Source: Camelus dromedarius (taxonomy: Eukaryota). From it: a stretch of 64,000 nt of DNA. Under the pieces are notes generated by a model. That model saw only the letters and a list, made by a program, of their open reading frames with translations. It was not told the origin of the DNA and made no database searches. This document shows positions 25,295 through 42,680 of this stretch, piece after piece. The position numbers and the translations under genes are program-made. The stretch covers positions 71,860,001-71,924,000 of the forward strand of contig NC_087436.1 of NCBI RefSeq assembly GCF_036321535.1, given 5' to 3'. Position 1 is the first letter of the stretch; each line of letters starts with the position of its first letter.

Positions 25295-26496
25295 TGCATT
25301 GCTACAACACCCCCTTCCTGCATGTACTCAGTAATTCGTGTGACTGAGAATCAAATAAACCTGCATCTTCTCTGTCCTGAGCTAAAATTAATGCAAGCAA
25401 AAGTAGGGAGCTAGAAACAGTAAAAGATTCAGTTGGAACCCTGACAAAAGCCTGATTTTTGATCACCTCATGCATCTCTTACAGGTGTATATCCTGTCTG
25501 ATGAAAGTTCACAAATTAGTCCTATTATGAGGAAGCATTCACTGAGATGCAACTTGGGGGCAAGTGGACAGATAAAACCTGGCTGCATTATCCCTCAACT
25601 CATTCCTCAGTTTGTAATTTTGGATGCAGTAGTCAAAATGAAGATACTTAGTTAATTTAGTTGACTGAAGGATAGACATTGCATTCCAACCTTGTAATAC
25701 ATTGCTAAGGGACAGGAAACAGATTCGCACACCATCTCTAATTTTGGTTTCTAAACTACAGAGTTAACCAAAAGGCAAGGTGACCAGCAGCCAACTAAGA
25801 TTGCAAAAGATTTGTATAGACAAAAACACCAAGCCTTGCAAACAAAGACCTATGATTCCTTAATTCCAATACCCTCTTATTGTGCAAGGGATAAGGGAGC
25901 ACCTTCCAGAGGGCAAACTCAAGACATTAACTGACCAAGGACCTCATCAACTAGCTAATCAGAGTGTCCTTACTCTTCTTGTTAGGTATATACTAATACC
26001 TAATAAAATTATCTTTATCATGCTGTACCATGATGAGCTACATGCAAACCTGGTTAAAAGAAATGCATATCACCTAGAACTCTTGGTTTCCAAGCAATAT
26101 ACAAAAATTGGATGAGATTTTGGCATGTCTGCCATTGGACAGGAGAGTATTTCAGTTGTCCATGGGATAATTGCATTGTCTTATGCTGGGACATTTTTGA
26201 AATTATATATACTGAACAAAGCACAAGAGTAGGTACTGGGTAGCAAAAGGGTGAAATGTAGTGAACAATTCTTTTTGTATGTCTGTCTTTTCACAAGATT
26301 TTTTTCCTTTATGTAACAAAGCTGTCAATTATGTGACAACCTGCCATAAAGATAGGCACATGAGCCTATCTTTAATTTAATTTAATTATCTTTAGTTTCA
26401 TACGAATTCCAGAGTAATGTATGAAATTTTTACTGAGGCTGAAGCTACTGCTGACCATCTTTGACACAACACAGAGCAAACCTATTTTACCATATA

Positions 26497-26969
26497 CAGG
26501 CATACCTTGAAAGTATTGCAGTTTCAGATCCAGACTACTACAATAAAGCAAATATCACAGTAAAGTGAGTCATACAAATTTGTTGGTTTCCCAGTGCATA
26601 TAAAAGATATGTTTATACTATATTGTAGTCTATTAAGTGTGCAATAGCATTATGTCTTAAAAAATGTACATACCTCAAATAAAAAATGCTTTATTGCTAA
26701 AGAATGCTAATCATCATGAGTCTTCAGCAGGTCATAGTAGTAACATCAAAGTAGTATCACAGATTACCCAATCAAATATAATAATGAAAAAGTTTGAAAT
26801 GTGAGAATTATATCATAGTGTAACACAGAGGCATGAAGTGAGCAAATGCTATTGGAAAAATGGTGCTGATAGACTGGATCAGTGCAAAGTTGCCACAAAC
26901 CTTTCATTTAAAAAATGTGCTGTCTGTGAAGTGCAATAAAGCAAAACGTAACAAAATAAGGTATGCCTA
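26497..26969. mobile_element. Internally deleted Tigger1 DNA transposon
   Basis: TIRs caggcatacct ... aggtatgccta flanked by TA dinucleotides; Tigger1 left-end sequence (caataaagcaaatatcacagtaaagtgagtcatacaaattt). Confidence 0.9.
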
Positions 26970-28149
26970 TAAAAAAAAAAAAAAAAAACAGAAGAAGGCA
27001 GTATAAGCAATAGAAAGAGGAGAGTCCAGATAGCATTTGAAATCCAGGACCATAGACTAACCCATAGTCCATTAAGTGGCCACTAAGTTCTGTTTTTTTC
27101 CCCACCCACACCTGCCACCCTCATTTAAGCTATTTTAAAGGAGGTTTTATACATTTGCAACTAAAATATTCCTGACTAATATAGTTCCTGGGTGGCATAG
27201 TCCCATTCTTCGACAATCTTACAAAACAAAGAAAGTTAATGTTGCTCCACCAAAATGGAGATATTCTTTCAATTGCCTTCCTTGGAGAAACTGTGTTTGA
27301 CTTTCTTACAGAAGATATTGATTTATGATTACTTCCTAATGGCCAGAGTCATTCACCTCTTTTCAGCTCCTAGCTTACCTGATACGGAATTTGACATCAG
27401 TTGTTGCAGTTTCCAAGGGGGTTCCAATAAACAATTCCCCTCTTCTTGCCTAGGTTGTGAACAATTTGGGAAATAAAAGTGAAGGATGTAACTACCTAGT
27501 TGTGAGGTTGGAAGACAAAGCTAAATCAGACATTCTTCACAGATATACGAATTATATAAGTCATCCAGTCTCCCCAAGTGTAGAGAAAGACCCAGAGCTA
27601 TTTTGAGGTCCTTTCACTGAGAACAAACATCAGAAGCAAACATGATGCTTTCTCCACTAGCATCATTGACCAATTCCTATTTGAAACTTACTTCCTTTAG
27701 TTTCCATGATAACGTACTTGCTTTATCTCTCTAATCAATCCTACTTATTATTCTTTATAGGCCTTTCTCTCTCTGCCTCTTAAATGTTAAGAGTTCCCCA
27801 TGATTCAGGCCATCACATTATTTCTGTCTTATATAGTGTCCTTAAGGAATCTCATTTAAGCTTACAATTTCACTTACCCATGTTTAAGACTAGTGAATTC
27901 ATAACCCTTATCTTCAATCTAACACATATAGATCCAGGGTTATCAATGGAAGTACAGTGTTTAAACTAATATTTCTTTACCTTATCTCCAACCTAAATAG
28001 ATCCAAGATTACCAAATTCTACTCATTCACTCTATGATTTGTGTTCTCATTGTCCAATTACTTTATTTGTCCTCACAACCTTGAAGGAACACAAATATAC
28101 TTTCATTGATCTGTTTCAGCTCTCTAGCTCTGAGTTACAATCTAGCTTG

Positions 28150-30085
28150 CAGATACCTATACCATCTCAGCATCTCATAATTGTACATAACATCACACTG
28201 ACTAGCTACATTGATTATATGCTCAGAGTACTGGGTGACTAGATTTCAGGGAGTGGGAGGTAAACTCCAGTGAAAATCCAGGTAACTACACTGAAATTTC
28301 TGAGAATCAAGAGGTCTTGAGCATCTCAGGATTTTCTCCTCAAAATAATAGAAAACGTAGTATACCTTTTCCCCGTATCAGTGAGAAACCAGTTGATGAG
28401 CCTCTTTGGATATTGTAAGTAGCATATGCTACATTTGGATATGCTATTCCAATCTATTTAATGAGTTACTGACTTTGAAAAGTCCCCCAAACAGTAGAAC
28501 TTTTTAGCTGGTCTAAGCGGTAGCATAAGAGAGATCAAGATGTTATTTGGAACAAGGAGGAGAATCAATGTAACCTCCTAGGACTTTGGATCAACACCAC
28601 ATAATCAGCTATTCTTTTGAGAAACAGTTCCTGGCCTTGTCTTGAGAGCCTTGGTAGAGACCAAACACTACCATGAGAATTTAAGGCCATGAAGTTTTGG
28701 ATAACCGTCATAAACTGAGTTTTTTCTAACTTAATAAGCTGTAAAACTGTGTATAACCAGAATCACTCCAACATCAACTGGAAATGACATATGGAAAACT
28801 GGAGTAAAGCTGTTCCTGAAGCCATTAGTAAATGACTTGACCAAGTAGGTGGCTCACATTACGAGGTGACTGGTCTGTCTATATTGCCACCATTCTGTCA
28901 AACCACACTTGTGACCACGTAGGGATTCTCTATAACCAGTTGATTCAGGAAGGAAAAATTCAAGTCTGGTTTACAGATGCTTCTGGAAAATGAGCTGGCC
29001 CCTGACAAAGGCAGATTGCTATACCATTACAATCTCACTCAGAGATTAACATTGAAATACATGCAGAAGAGAAAGTCCTTCCAAAGTGAAGAACTTTAAT
29101 CAGTATATTTCACTTTTTCAGTTTGCTTGGAAAAGCAATGTCCCATGCCTGTTTATGGGTAGTGGTTAATGATCTGGCTGGACATACAGGGGCATGGAAA
29201 ACTAAGACTGCAGGATTGAGAGAGAAGTAAATTTGCAGAAGTGATCTGTAGATGGAACTTCTGTAGTGTTAATAGAATGTGAGCATATTTATATTTCATG
29301 TAAATGCTAGCAAACAACAGCAGCAGCAGCAAAAGAGGCCACCTCTGCAGGGGAGGCGTATCATTAATCAGGTAGCCAATATGATCTCTTGTGGTTACCA
29401 TTTAGCCTCTTTCTCCAGTTAGCCAGTACTTGGTAAATGGTTCCCTGAACAAAGTATCATGATGACAGGGATGGAAGTTATTTATGATTTCAGAAAAATA
29501 TGGACTTCTTTTCCACAAGGCTGATCTGTGCACTGCTACAGTTGAAAACCCAATCTTTCAGTAGCAGAAAGCCAATGTTGAGCACTTGATACATCATATA
29601 CTAGGGGGACCAGTCAGCCATCTGGTGGCAGGTTGATTATATTAGACTTCATCTATCATGGAAGTGGCATCAATTTATTTTCATAGAGTGGATCATTATT
29701 GTGCAGCTATATTTGTTTTTCTTGCCTGCTATACATACTTCCTGTAGCAATGCTATTTGTAAAATGATGAATGGCTTATTCAGCATTAGAGAACCTCATA
29801 CAACATTGCATCTGTCCAAAGAACTAATTTTAATGTAGATGATCTAGAGCAAAAAATAACAATCATGTAATCACTTGTTTTATATTGTTTATAATGTCAT
29901 TACTGACTATAAAGCAATGACTTTATAGAATGGCGGGATGGACTTTAAGAACTCAGTTATGATGTAAGGAGCAAGATGGGAAGTACTGTCTTAAAAAATT
30001 CAAATACTCATTCTCCTAATAACAGAATACATTGGTCTGAGAACAAAGTGGTAGCAGTGGAATGGCACAAGTAATTATTAGACCT
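28150..30085 (+). mobile_element. ERVL pol fossil (RT, RNase H, integrase)
   Basis: ITLTSYIDYML (ERVL RT YIDD region) near 28190-28225; WFTDAS at 28967 (RNase H); GDQSAIWWQVDYI at 29605 (ERVL integrase WWQVDYIG). Many stops and frameshifts. Confidence 0.85.
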
Positions 30086-30419
30086 AACAACAATAAATTA
30101 TGTTGTCCAGACAGATACACTTTTAAGAATGTAATGGAGCATTAGTTAAACTTACATGATGTTTTAAAATATGTACTAACAGAGAAATTAGTTTTATTAT
30201 ATTGGTGGGCCTATAAAATCGTCTTTTTGAAAAATGTTTTTTTCAAACTGTTTATCCAAAATAAATCTGGATACATTAGAGAAAATTAAAAACTGCTTAA
30301 TACTGATTATTAGTGCATTAAAATAACAACCAATAATTATTCTATACATATTTATGTATTTTATTCAGTTTCTCAACTGTATCTGTCTCTTATACCATGT
30401 TTTTTCCACATCTGAAAAT

Positions 30420-30760
30420 GTATTTTTTCCCAGATTCATTGAAATATAATTGACATATAACATGATATAAGTTGAAGGTATACAATGTGATGATTTGATA
30501 CACATATATACTGTGAAATAATTGCCACAAGAAAGTTAGTTAACACTTCCATCAGCTCACATAATTAACTTCTCTTTTGTGGTGATAGCATTTAAAATTC
30601 ACTGTCTTTAGCAACTTCTAAGTTTATAATACATTATTGTTAATCATAGTCACCATGCTGTACCTTAGATACCCAGAAATTATTCATTTTAATAGCTGGA
30701 AGTTTACATCTTTGACTAATGTCTGCCCATTTCCTCTGGCACCCAGCCACTGTGAAGAAT
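30420..30760 (-). mobile_element. L1 3' end fragment (L1MA-like)
   Basis: attgaaatataattgacatataac...aggtatacaatgtgatgatttga...atagtcaccatgctgtac. Confidence 0.8.
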
Positions 30761-31249
30761 GTATTTTAATATAGTTTTATGTTTGAAATTTTTAATAGAA
30801 ATATCTCTAAACTTCTACAATATTGCATTTTATAATTAATAAATTTTATTATTGATGCTCTCAGTTGACTATTCTGTTGGCCTCAGTATTTTTATTTGGG
30901 AACATTACTCTTTATATATGTATCTGGTAAACTCAGAGCAAATTATGCCATATGTAGTATATTCTCAAGTTGGATTTATTTTATTAAATTTGTAACTATT
31001 TCAGGCGAAACATTTTCAGTTATTGTCTTTCCTGCTTCTACTCATAGTATATTTTTGACCAATATTTTTAGAAAACAAAGCTCATCAAATATATCATCTG
31101 TATTTTATGATTCTTTCAATGCTATAGCAAATTTAGATGTTGAACAATAGCAGGTAAATTCTCGGTTTTAGTCCATTCTTGTACAGAATATAAATTTATT
31201 CCAGTAAAAATAGAAGCTTGCAAAAAAAACTTGTTTCGTAAGTCAGGAG

Positions 31250-31830
31250 TATTTGTTTCCTATTGCTATTGTAATAAATTACCACAAACAATGGCTTAAA
31301 ACAACACAAATTTACCATCTTACAATTTGAAGGTCAGAAGTTTGATAATTAGGTTTATTTATTTATTTAATTTTAGTGTAGGTACTGGGGATTGAACCCA
31401 GGACCTCATGCATGCTAAGCATGCGCTCTACCACTGAGCTATGCCCTCCCTGCTGAAGGTCAGAAGTTTGAAATGAGTTTTTCTGGGCTAAAATGTGAAG
31501 ATTTTGTCAGAACTGCATTCTTTTTACTTGCTAATTTATTCAGCTTTTCTGTCTTCCAGAGGTTGCTTACATTCCTTGGCATGTGGCCTCTTCCTCCATC
31601 TTAAAGGACATCCCTCCAACTTCTGTTTCTGTCAATCATAACATCTTCTCTGACTCTTCTGTCTTCCTCTTTCATCTTTTAAGAACCATTAGATTATATT
31701 GGGCTCACCTAGATAATGCAGGATAGTCTCCATATCTCAAGAACCTTCCTTTAATCACATCAGTCAAGTCCCCTTTGCCATGTAAGGTTATGAATTGCTA
31801 TGTACAGTTTCCTGAGATTAGGGCATGACC
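31250..31830 (-). mobile_element. MLT1 MaLR solo LTR (host of a SINE)
   Basis: gtaataaattaccacaaac..tggcttaaaacaacacaaattta...ttaatcacatc...tttgccatgtaaggt. Confidence 0.8.
31346..31453 (-). mobile_element. tRNA-Ala-derived SINE (Vic-1-like) inserted in an MLT1 LTR
   Basis: Reverse complement of the same SINE consensus. Perfect 18-bp TSD tgaaggtcagaagtttga at 31328-31345 and 31454-31471. Confidence 0.92.
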
Positions 31831-31974
31831 AGGAATGTTTTTATATGACCCAGAAATGACTGGGTCACATTGTAGGTATATGTTAACCTTCTAAAAGTGG
31901 GTGAAGTATTTGAAAAGACAGTTCACTAAGTAAGATACATGGATGGCAAATAACTGCATGAAATGATGCTCTGT

Positions 31975-33585
31975 TCTATATAGAAATATAGCTGATTTTT
32001 GTATATGGATCTGATATCCTGCAACGTTGCTAAACTTCCTTATTAGTTCTAGTAACTTATTTGTACACATTATAGGATTTATTTCACAGGAATCATGTTG
32101 TCTGTGAATAAAAGGAGTTATACCTTTTCTTTTCCAGTCTAGATGTTTTTAAATTATTTTTCTTTCCTAATTTCACTGGCTAGAACGAGCAGTACAATGT
32201 TGATTGAAAGTAGTAAGATAAATCTCCTTTCTTTGTTCCTGATTTTAGAAAGCATTTAGTCTTTCGCTATAAGTATGATGTTAACCATAGTTTCTCATAT
32301 ATGTTTTCTATCAGGTTAAGAAAGTTCCCTTCTGTTTCTGGTTTTATAAGAGTTTTTACCAGGCATGTATTTTGTATTTCTCAAATATTTTTCTGTATTT
32401 ATTGAGATGATCATGTGGGTTTTCTGTCTTAGTCTGTTACTATATGAATTATATTGATTGGTTTTTGAATATTAAAATAAATTTACATTCCTGGGATAAA
32501 CCCCTTATGATGTATTATCTGTTTTGTATATTATTGTATTTTATTTGATAATATTTTAAGGACACTGCATGTATAAGCATGAGATGTATTGGTTTGTAGT
32601 TTTCTTTTCTTATAATATTGTTGTATGGTTTTGATATCAAGTAATGTGGTCCTTATAGAATGATTTGGGAAGTATTCCCTCCTCATCAATTTTCTGGAAG
32701 AGTTTGTGTAGAATTGGTATTATCTCTTATTTAAATATTTGGTAGAATTTGCTAATGAAGATATATAAGTCTACAGTTTTCTTTGTGGGAAGATTTTTAA
32801 ATAAAATTCAATTTCTGTAATAGCTATAGAGTTATGTAGATTATCTGTTTCTTCTTGAATGAGCTTTGGTAGTTTGTGTATTTCAAGGTATTTGTCCATT
32901 TTATGTCCTTCTTCAACACTGGTAATATTATTTGATCTGAAATCTATTTTGTTTGATATTTATATAAGCACTCCAGCTTTCTTTTGATTAGTTTTAACAT
33001 GGTGTTTTATTTTTTTCATCTTTTTAAAAAAACTTATATGTTAACATAGTTGGGTCTTGCTTTTTACCTGATCTTAAAATCTCCAGTTTTTAAATGAGAC
33101 TGTTTAGATCATTTACATTTATTGTGATTGTTGATATGTTTGAGTTTAAATACATAGTTTTGCTACTTGTTTTCTGTTTGTCCCATCTGTTCTTAATTCC
33201 CATTTTCCTATTTTTCTACCCTTTTTAGAGCAATTTTTCAATTTTTATTTCTTTGTATCTCCTTTTCTCCTTTGTCAGCTTATTAGATGCAACTCTTTAT
33301 TATTCACAATGAAGAGATACAGAGTTTTAGTTGTTGATTTAGAGCTCATATTTCTTTAACTTACCACATTTAACTTCAAATTATATTATATTACTTAATG
33401 TATAGTGTAAAAACCTTACAACAAGTAATACAAGTATAATTCTATTTTTCTTTTTGGGCCTTTTTACAATTTTTGCCTTACATTTTACTTCTTCATATTT
33501 TATAAGTACCACAATATGTTATTACTTTTTGTTTTCTCAAGGAGTCAATTATCTTTTAAAGACATTTAAATAATAAGAAGAGGTC
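31975..33585 (-). mobile_element. Old L1 ORF2 fragments
   Basis: Antisense ORF2 phrases (tatcctgcaacgttgctaaac, agtacaatgttga, ttggtagaatttgc). Confidence 0.75.
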
Positions 33586-33589
33586 TTTT

Positions 33590-37060
<3,471 letters not shown>

Positions 37061-38739
37061 AACTGTTGCCCTTATTAAGATTATAGCATTTTATCAAATT
37101 TTGTTGTAGAAGTGTTGAATGGGATCTGATAGCACTTGACTTCTCAGGATGACTTCTTTGAATGAGGCTAAATATTGCCATACCTGTTGTACCTCATCTA
37201 CAATTTGTTTTTATTTGCAAACTCAATATATTGATTAGGTGCTTAGTATTATAAGCACTAGGGAAGTAATATAAAATCAAGCCCATTCCTCAAGAAATTT
37301 ATTTAGTGAGATATGGCCTATATATATGAAACAGCAAAGAATTGGACAATTATTTACAAAATGGTAACTAAATACACATTAAATTGTATATTCTATAAAT
37401 CCTGCTCTTGCTACCCTGAGAGTGGGAAAGTTTAGGACAGGTTGGATAGAGACATTAGCCATTAAATTTTAAGCTAGGTAAAGTACTCCAGAGAAAATGT
37501 TATGTAGGTTAGTTAATTATCTGGAATATCTAGAAGCAATATCTAGAGATTTAAAAAATAAGTATAAAGCATTGCCCAAGTCAAAATCTGAGCCTAGGCT
37601 GCCGAAACTGAATCTGTTGTCTGATGCAAGGAATGACTATTTGACTAAAAGCCAGAAGATAAATTGGAGGTCTTGAGTTTGTCAACACAGGAAAATGATG
37701 GCAATGAAGCTCAGTGGATTTAGCACTCTAAATGTGAGAAGGGCTGAATTATTTGAAGCTCCCTGTTAGTCACCAGAGAAGCTTACCTGTTACTGCAGCT
37801 TAATTGTTATTGGGTTTGGGTCACATGCTGAGTATGTGAGGGGGCCTGAATTAAAAGAAATTGGTTAGGGGACGGTCTTCTTTCTGACCACTACACAAAC
37901 ACCCAAGCTTGCCATTTTAAGGAAGGGGACACTCCCAGGGATTGCCCTGGAAGGAATCAATTTTCTTTAGTAGGATGTTCTATTTCACTTCTATGCCTTA
38001 AATCAGTCATCATGGCCATGGTCCTAGGCATTTGCCTACTCTGATCTGTTCACTATAATTATTGTGTAGACATCTCCCTGGTTCCTGATCTGCACTCATT
38101 CATTCCGTAGTCCATCTGGCCTTTGACTGCAGTTCCTTTCCCAATTTATAGTTCTGCTCCTGTCCTTTGAACTAGACTTTGGTGTTTAATTTCTTCTTTC
38201 TGATTCTTGGCTTGTTCTCAAAAGAGTATTCTAATGATCATTCCCACTTCAAACTGCTTCACTTTCATTATTCTTTAAGGACTCAATCCCCACTTTTGTA
38301 GGTCTATTTCTGATCATGGAGCAGTGCCTCAACCAAAACCAGTGGACCCTAGATGAGGGATTCACATCAGTAGTTGTTCATATGTGTTTTACTCTACTAA
38401 GTACCAGACAAAGTACCAGGGATAGCTATAGTAATGGCAAAGTCCAGATCATTCCCTACTGTGTATTTTTGCTCCTTGTCTCTGGCAGCTAGGGTAAGTT
38501 GCAAAGGCATTGTATTCAGAGTGAAGTTCTAGGGACATATGCACAGGGATTAGTGAAATTAATTTGGGATGCAAGGATGGAAAACCTGGAATTGGAAGGC
38601 CTCCACTTTGTGGGTCAGAAACCTTATTCTTGTATAGGTTAGAAAGTGGTAATAGGTGGTACATATCTATAATGAGTAGCGCCACAGAGTCTACTCTCTG
38701 TATTGCCTGCCTTAGTGTTCGAGGCTGTCAAGTTCAGCT

Positions 38740-39720
38740 TTTATTTATTTAACAGATACTCATTGAGCACCTACCACATATGATTAGACATTGGGCTAGA
38801 ACTTGGGGATGCAACAATGAATAAAAACAGACATGATCCCTACTATTATTGAGCTTACAAGCTAAGTAGGGGAAGACATTATACATTAATCCAAAAATTA
38901 TTTAATGGAAGTTATTGCTAAATATAATATAGTAATGTAACTATCCCATTTAAGCAAATATAAATTTAACTATAATTAGTGGAAAGCTATAACTATGTTT
39001 AGTGCTATAAGGACAAAGTACACGGTACTATAAGAAAGAATAATAGTGCTTTCCTGAGAAATTATGGTTGATCTGAGACCTTAAGGGAAAATAGGACTTA
39101 ACAAGATAAGGGAAGAATAAAGTCCATTCAACCTAAGACTCTGTATTAAAAGGAATTATTGTGGCTTCAAGTAGTTGAAAGAAGGCTGTTGTTGCCATTG
39201 TGTCATGAAAAATGAAAAGCATTTTGCCAGATGAGTCTAAGAAGCAGACAAAGGCCAAGGAGGTGAAGGAGGGATATTGTAAGAATTTCTGCCTTTACCC
39301 AAAGAAAGATAAGATGCCACTGAAGTATATTAAGCAAGAGAGTGCTATGATTTGTATTTTGAAAAAGTCCTCCTACTTGCTTATGCAAAGGAGGCCAAAA
39401 ATTTGTAGGGAGGCCAGTCAGAATGCTGAGTTGGTAGATGCAGGCAATATATAATGCTGGGGGCAGAGGGTATAGCTCAGTGGTAGAGTGCATGCTTAGC
39501 ATGCATGAGGTCCTGGGTTCAATCCCCAGTACCTCTATTAAATAAATAAATAAACATAGTTACCTCCCCCGGCAAAAAAATAATTAAAAAACAAAGATAT
39601 AGTGCTGGCCCAGACTGCCATGTTAATTGTGGAGGTAGCTGGAAGTAGTTGGATTTAAGATATATTTTGAAATCAGAGCAAATAAGACTTGCTGATGAAT
39701 TGGAAGTGAAGGATGACATT
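38740..39720. mobile_element. L2 LINE fossil
   Basis: tttatttatttaacagatactcattgagcacctacc...aataaaaacagacatgatccctac...tatattttgaaatcagagc...cttgctgatgaattgga. Confidence 0.7.
39461..39593 (+). mobile_element. tRNA-Ala-derived SINE (Vic-1-like) inserted in an L2 fossil
   Basis: Same consensus plus AAAT tail and cctccccc motif. TSD aatatataatgctgg (39446-39460) and aagatatagtgctgg (39594-39608), 13/15 identical. Confidence 0.9.
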
Positions 39721-42329
39721 TTCCTCCAATCTCTGACCCATCCTCCTAGCTCCTTGATCTTTTAGAAGATCGTCTTTTAGATGATCTCATCTTCTATTTT
39801 ACTAAGAAAAATAGAAGCCATTAGACAAGAACTCTCTCTTACCTGCCAACAAACATGCACTGAAGAGGGTCTTAGAGGTAGGGGTATCTTCAAGGAACAG
39901 CCAAATTCCAATTAAAGCAAGGGAATAAAGTGAGAACTCGAGATAAGCTTCTAAGGATACAGGGAAATTTTCTGGAGAAGGCCTGGCTATTGTACTGGGC
40001 TCTTTACTAAAGTTTGGAAGACAAAGAAAAGGGTGGGAACTGATCTGAAGAAAGAAAATGGAAAGTGTTATAGTGATAATGGTGAAACAGAGGATGGATG
40101 ACCATACAATTTGCCTTATAATGGAAGCCCAGGTGCAAGGCATGGTAAATTTCTTTGAGGTGGATGGACAGTGGAAAGTGGCCAAAGGATCTGACTAGGG
40201 TTGTCATAAACACAGCAACTGCCAGGCCACGTGTTTTGTCTGGACAGTGCTGGCTGTAGAAACTGAACTGATGGGGAATATGAAAACCATCCCTCTTGTA
40301 TCTGGAGATGTCCATAACTCATTTGGGTTGTTTTGGATTTCTTCTAGGAATTGACTTGTGTAAAAGTTATGGTGGTGCTAAGCAAAAAGGAAAGCAGTGG
40401 GCGTGAAATCCATATTTGCTGAAGAAGGGTATATTAATACTGTCAAAGGCCAACTTCTCTGTTATAAGATGGGTGACCTAAGTCATATTGCTAATTTGAT
40501 ATGTAGCTATGGAAGTTTTCTTTCTTTCTGTACCTCGTGGATCATTCTTTTTTGCCTTCATCTGTGGATAATGAGTAGGAGAGGGATGAATTCAGGCACT
40601 GAAGTATTTGAGGGATGCAAGAATTATTGCAATACATAGTATCACTCTAAATTGCCAGGTAGTTTATGGGTTTGGAACATCTTAATTAGCAAGGCAGCAG
40701 ACTCTGAAGCAGAATGTGATCTCATGTAAAGGATACTGTGTGCCCTATCTTGGTGGAAGCACTAAGAATTATACTAAATATATATGAAGGGGAAGGGCTG
40801 TTTGACATACCAGTAACAGTTATTTAATGAGCCCTGAGGATCCAGGTATAATTTTTCCTAGAGCATCCTGAGCCTGCTTTGATTCTAGATGCAAATCTTT
40901 TAAGCAGTGGTGTGCATTAGAACGTTTTGCCAGAAAAAAAGGATTACCATACATTCTCATGGGTAATGTTTGGGTCTTGAATGAACCTCAGTATCCAGCC
41001 AAGTCAACCTTTGGGATTCACTTTGGTGAAACACCTTTATTCTTCAGGGCTGCTTCCAGTAATTCTAGAGCTCCCTCAGATGCTGTTTGGCCTAAGTGTC
41101 TGCCTCTTGCTGCCCTCTGATAAAGTCTTTCTCTTCTAGCTGTGGTTGTAGGGCCACGTCAGCCTTCGAGCAAAGACTCTCAGACATGATTAACCTTGTC
41201 CATCAATAAATTCATAGATTCCTCTTCCTTATATGTACCTGATATATACATGATATGGAGTTTGACTTCCTGGAAGAATCTGACACACCTGACATATGCT
41301 TAGCTCCTTTTTAATTTGTGCTACTCTTTGTTAAGAACATGAGGTTATGGAAGAGTTTAAGCTGTCTCTATAATTGTATTTGCATCTTAAAGACAGTGTT
41401 TACAGTGAGCATATCCAGTTTCATATATTGTGTAATTATCATCACAGATAGCTTTCTCTAGAAATATGTGCACAGGCAGGGTTCATCTCAACCTGAGGTA
41501 CCCTTAAGGCAGAGATTCCTCCATGGAGAAGATGGAGGCCTCTCTTTACATTAAGAGAAGGAGACAGATGGCAGGGTATGACTGAGACTGAAGTGAAGAG
41601 GATCTTCCACTCTTGAAAGATAATTACCACTGTGGATCACTGATATCTTCTCTCTTTCCTTTAACTTATTTGGCTGGAAAGGACATCATTCAGGATTCTT
41701 TCAGGATAATAGAGCCACTATAAAATTTGTGAGAATAAGGAATTTATTAAACGTGAAAGGAGCTGTGAAAATGAATGTTTGGCAGAGGGAAGTCAGAGAC
41801 TCAGAAAAATCATAGTCAATCAATACTTTTTAAATATCTGCCTTGTGGACAAGTTGAAGTTTGCAGGGAAAAGCAAGAAGCCAAGTACTTCAGGCTGCCA
41901 AAGTGCAATAGTGAAGGGGGTAACTTGAGTTGAGGTCTATGGAAATTGCTGCCTCTGGAAAGTTATTGCCTTCATGTGGCTACTGCCTTTGTGGGTCCAC
42001 AGTCAAATACCTGGTGGAGAGCCTGGGGTCACTGTTGGCCATTAAGGCCAGCAACTGTGAAGATGAGCCAAATGCAGGGGAGGATAAGATGGGACCTGCC
42101 AATACTCTGTGTCTGTTTGTCACCATGTCTGACCACAGTGACTTTCTGAGAGTAATGGCCTCTGCTTAATTTTTGTCTTTTCAGTCTCATGCACTTCCTC
42201 TTTGGTCAACTCTGACTTAGTGCCATAGAGGGAAAGAAATTTTGGGAAATACGGTTTTTAGCATTAGCTAAATTCCCACAATCCAGCATAGACATTAATC
42301 CCAAAGGTTTCAGAGATACATTTATTATA

Positions 42330-42680
42330 GTTTCCTCAGAGATGAAGAGGACATAGCAGTTCTAGTGTCAGAAAACACAGGCAATCATATAAGGCCATAT
42401 TTTTGACATAGGCTCAGTTCCAGAGACCCACACAGGAAGTCTTTATATCCAATAGCAGATTGAATATAAAGGCCTTGCCATCTGAAAGGCCATTCGAGCT
42501 CTAAAGTTTCCAATGGGGTTGGTTGGAGCTATTGCTCAGCTTTCCCCTCTCCTACCCCTGCTTCCTTTCTCTCCCTTCCACAGGTGTCAATCCCATGGGT
42601 ACTCGTTAGTCCCATGAGTACTCTCTGCACACTAAACTCAATTTCAGAATCTACTTTCTAGGAGTCCAGCCTGCAAGACC
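42330..42680 (+). mobile_element. ERVL LTR 3' part (LTR16-like)
   Basis: cccttccacaggtgtcaatccc...ctgcacactaaactcaatttcagaatctactttctaggagtccagcctgcaaga. Confidence 0.55.

Noticed and set aside
23990..26260. Possible additional LTR or internal retroelement sequence
   Set aside because: The composition is suggestive, but I could not identify diagnostic motifs or boundaries; it needs a Dfam search.
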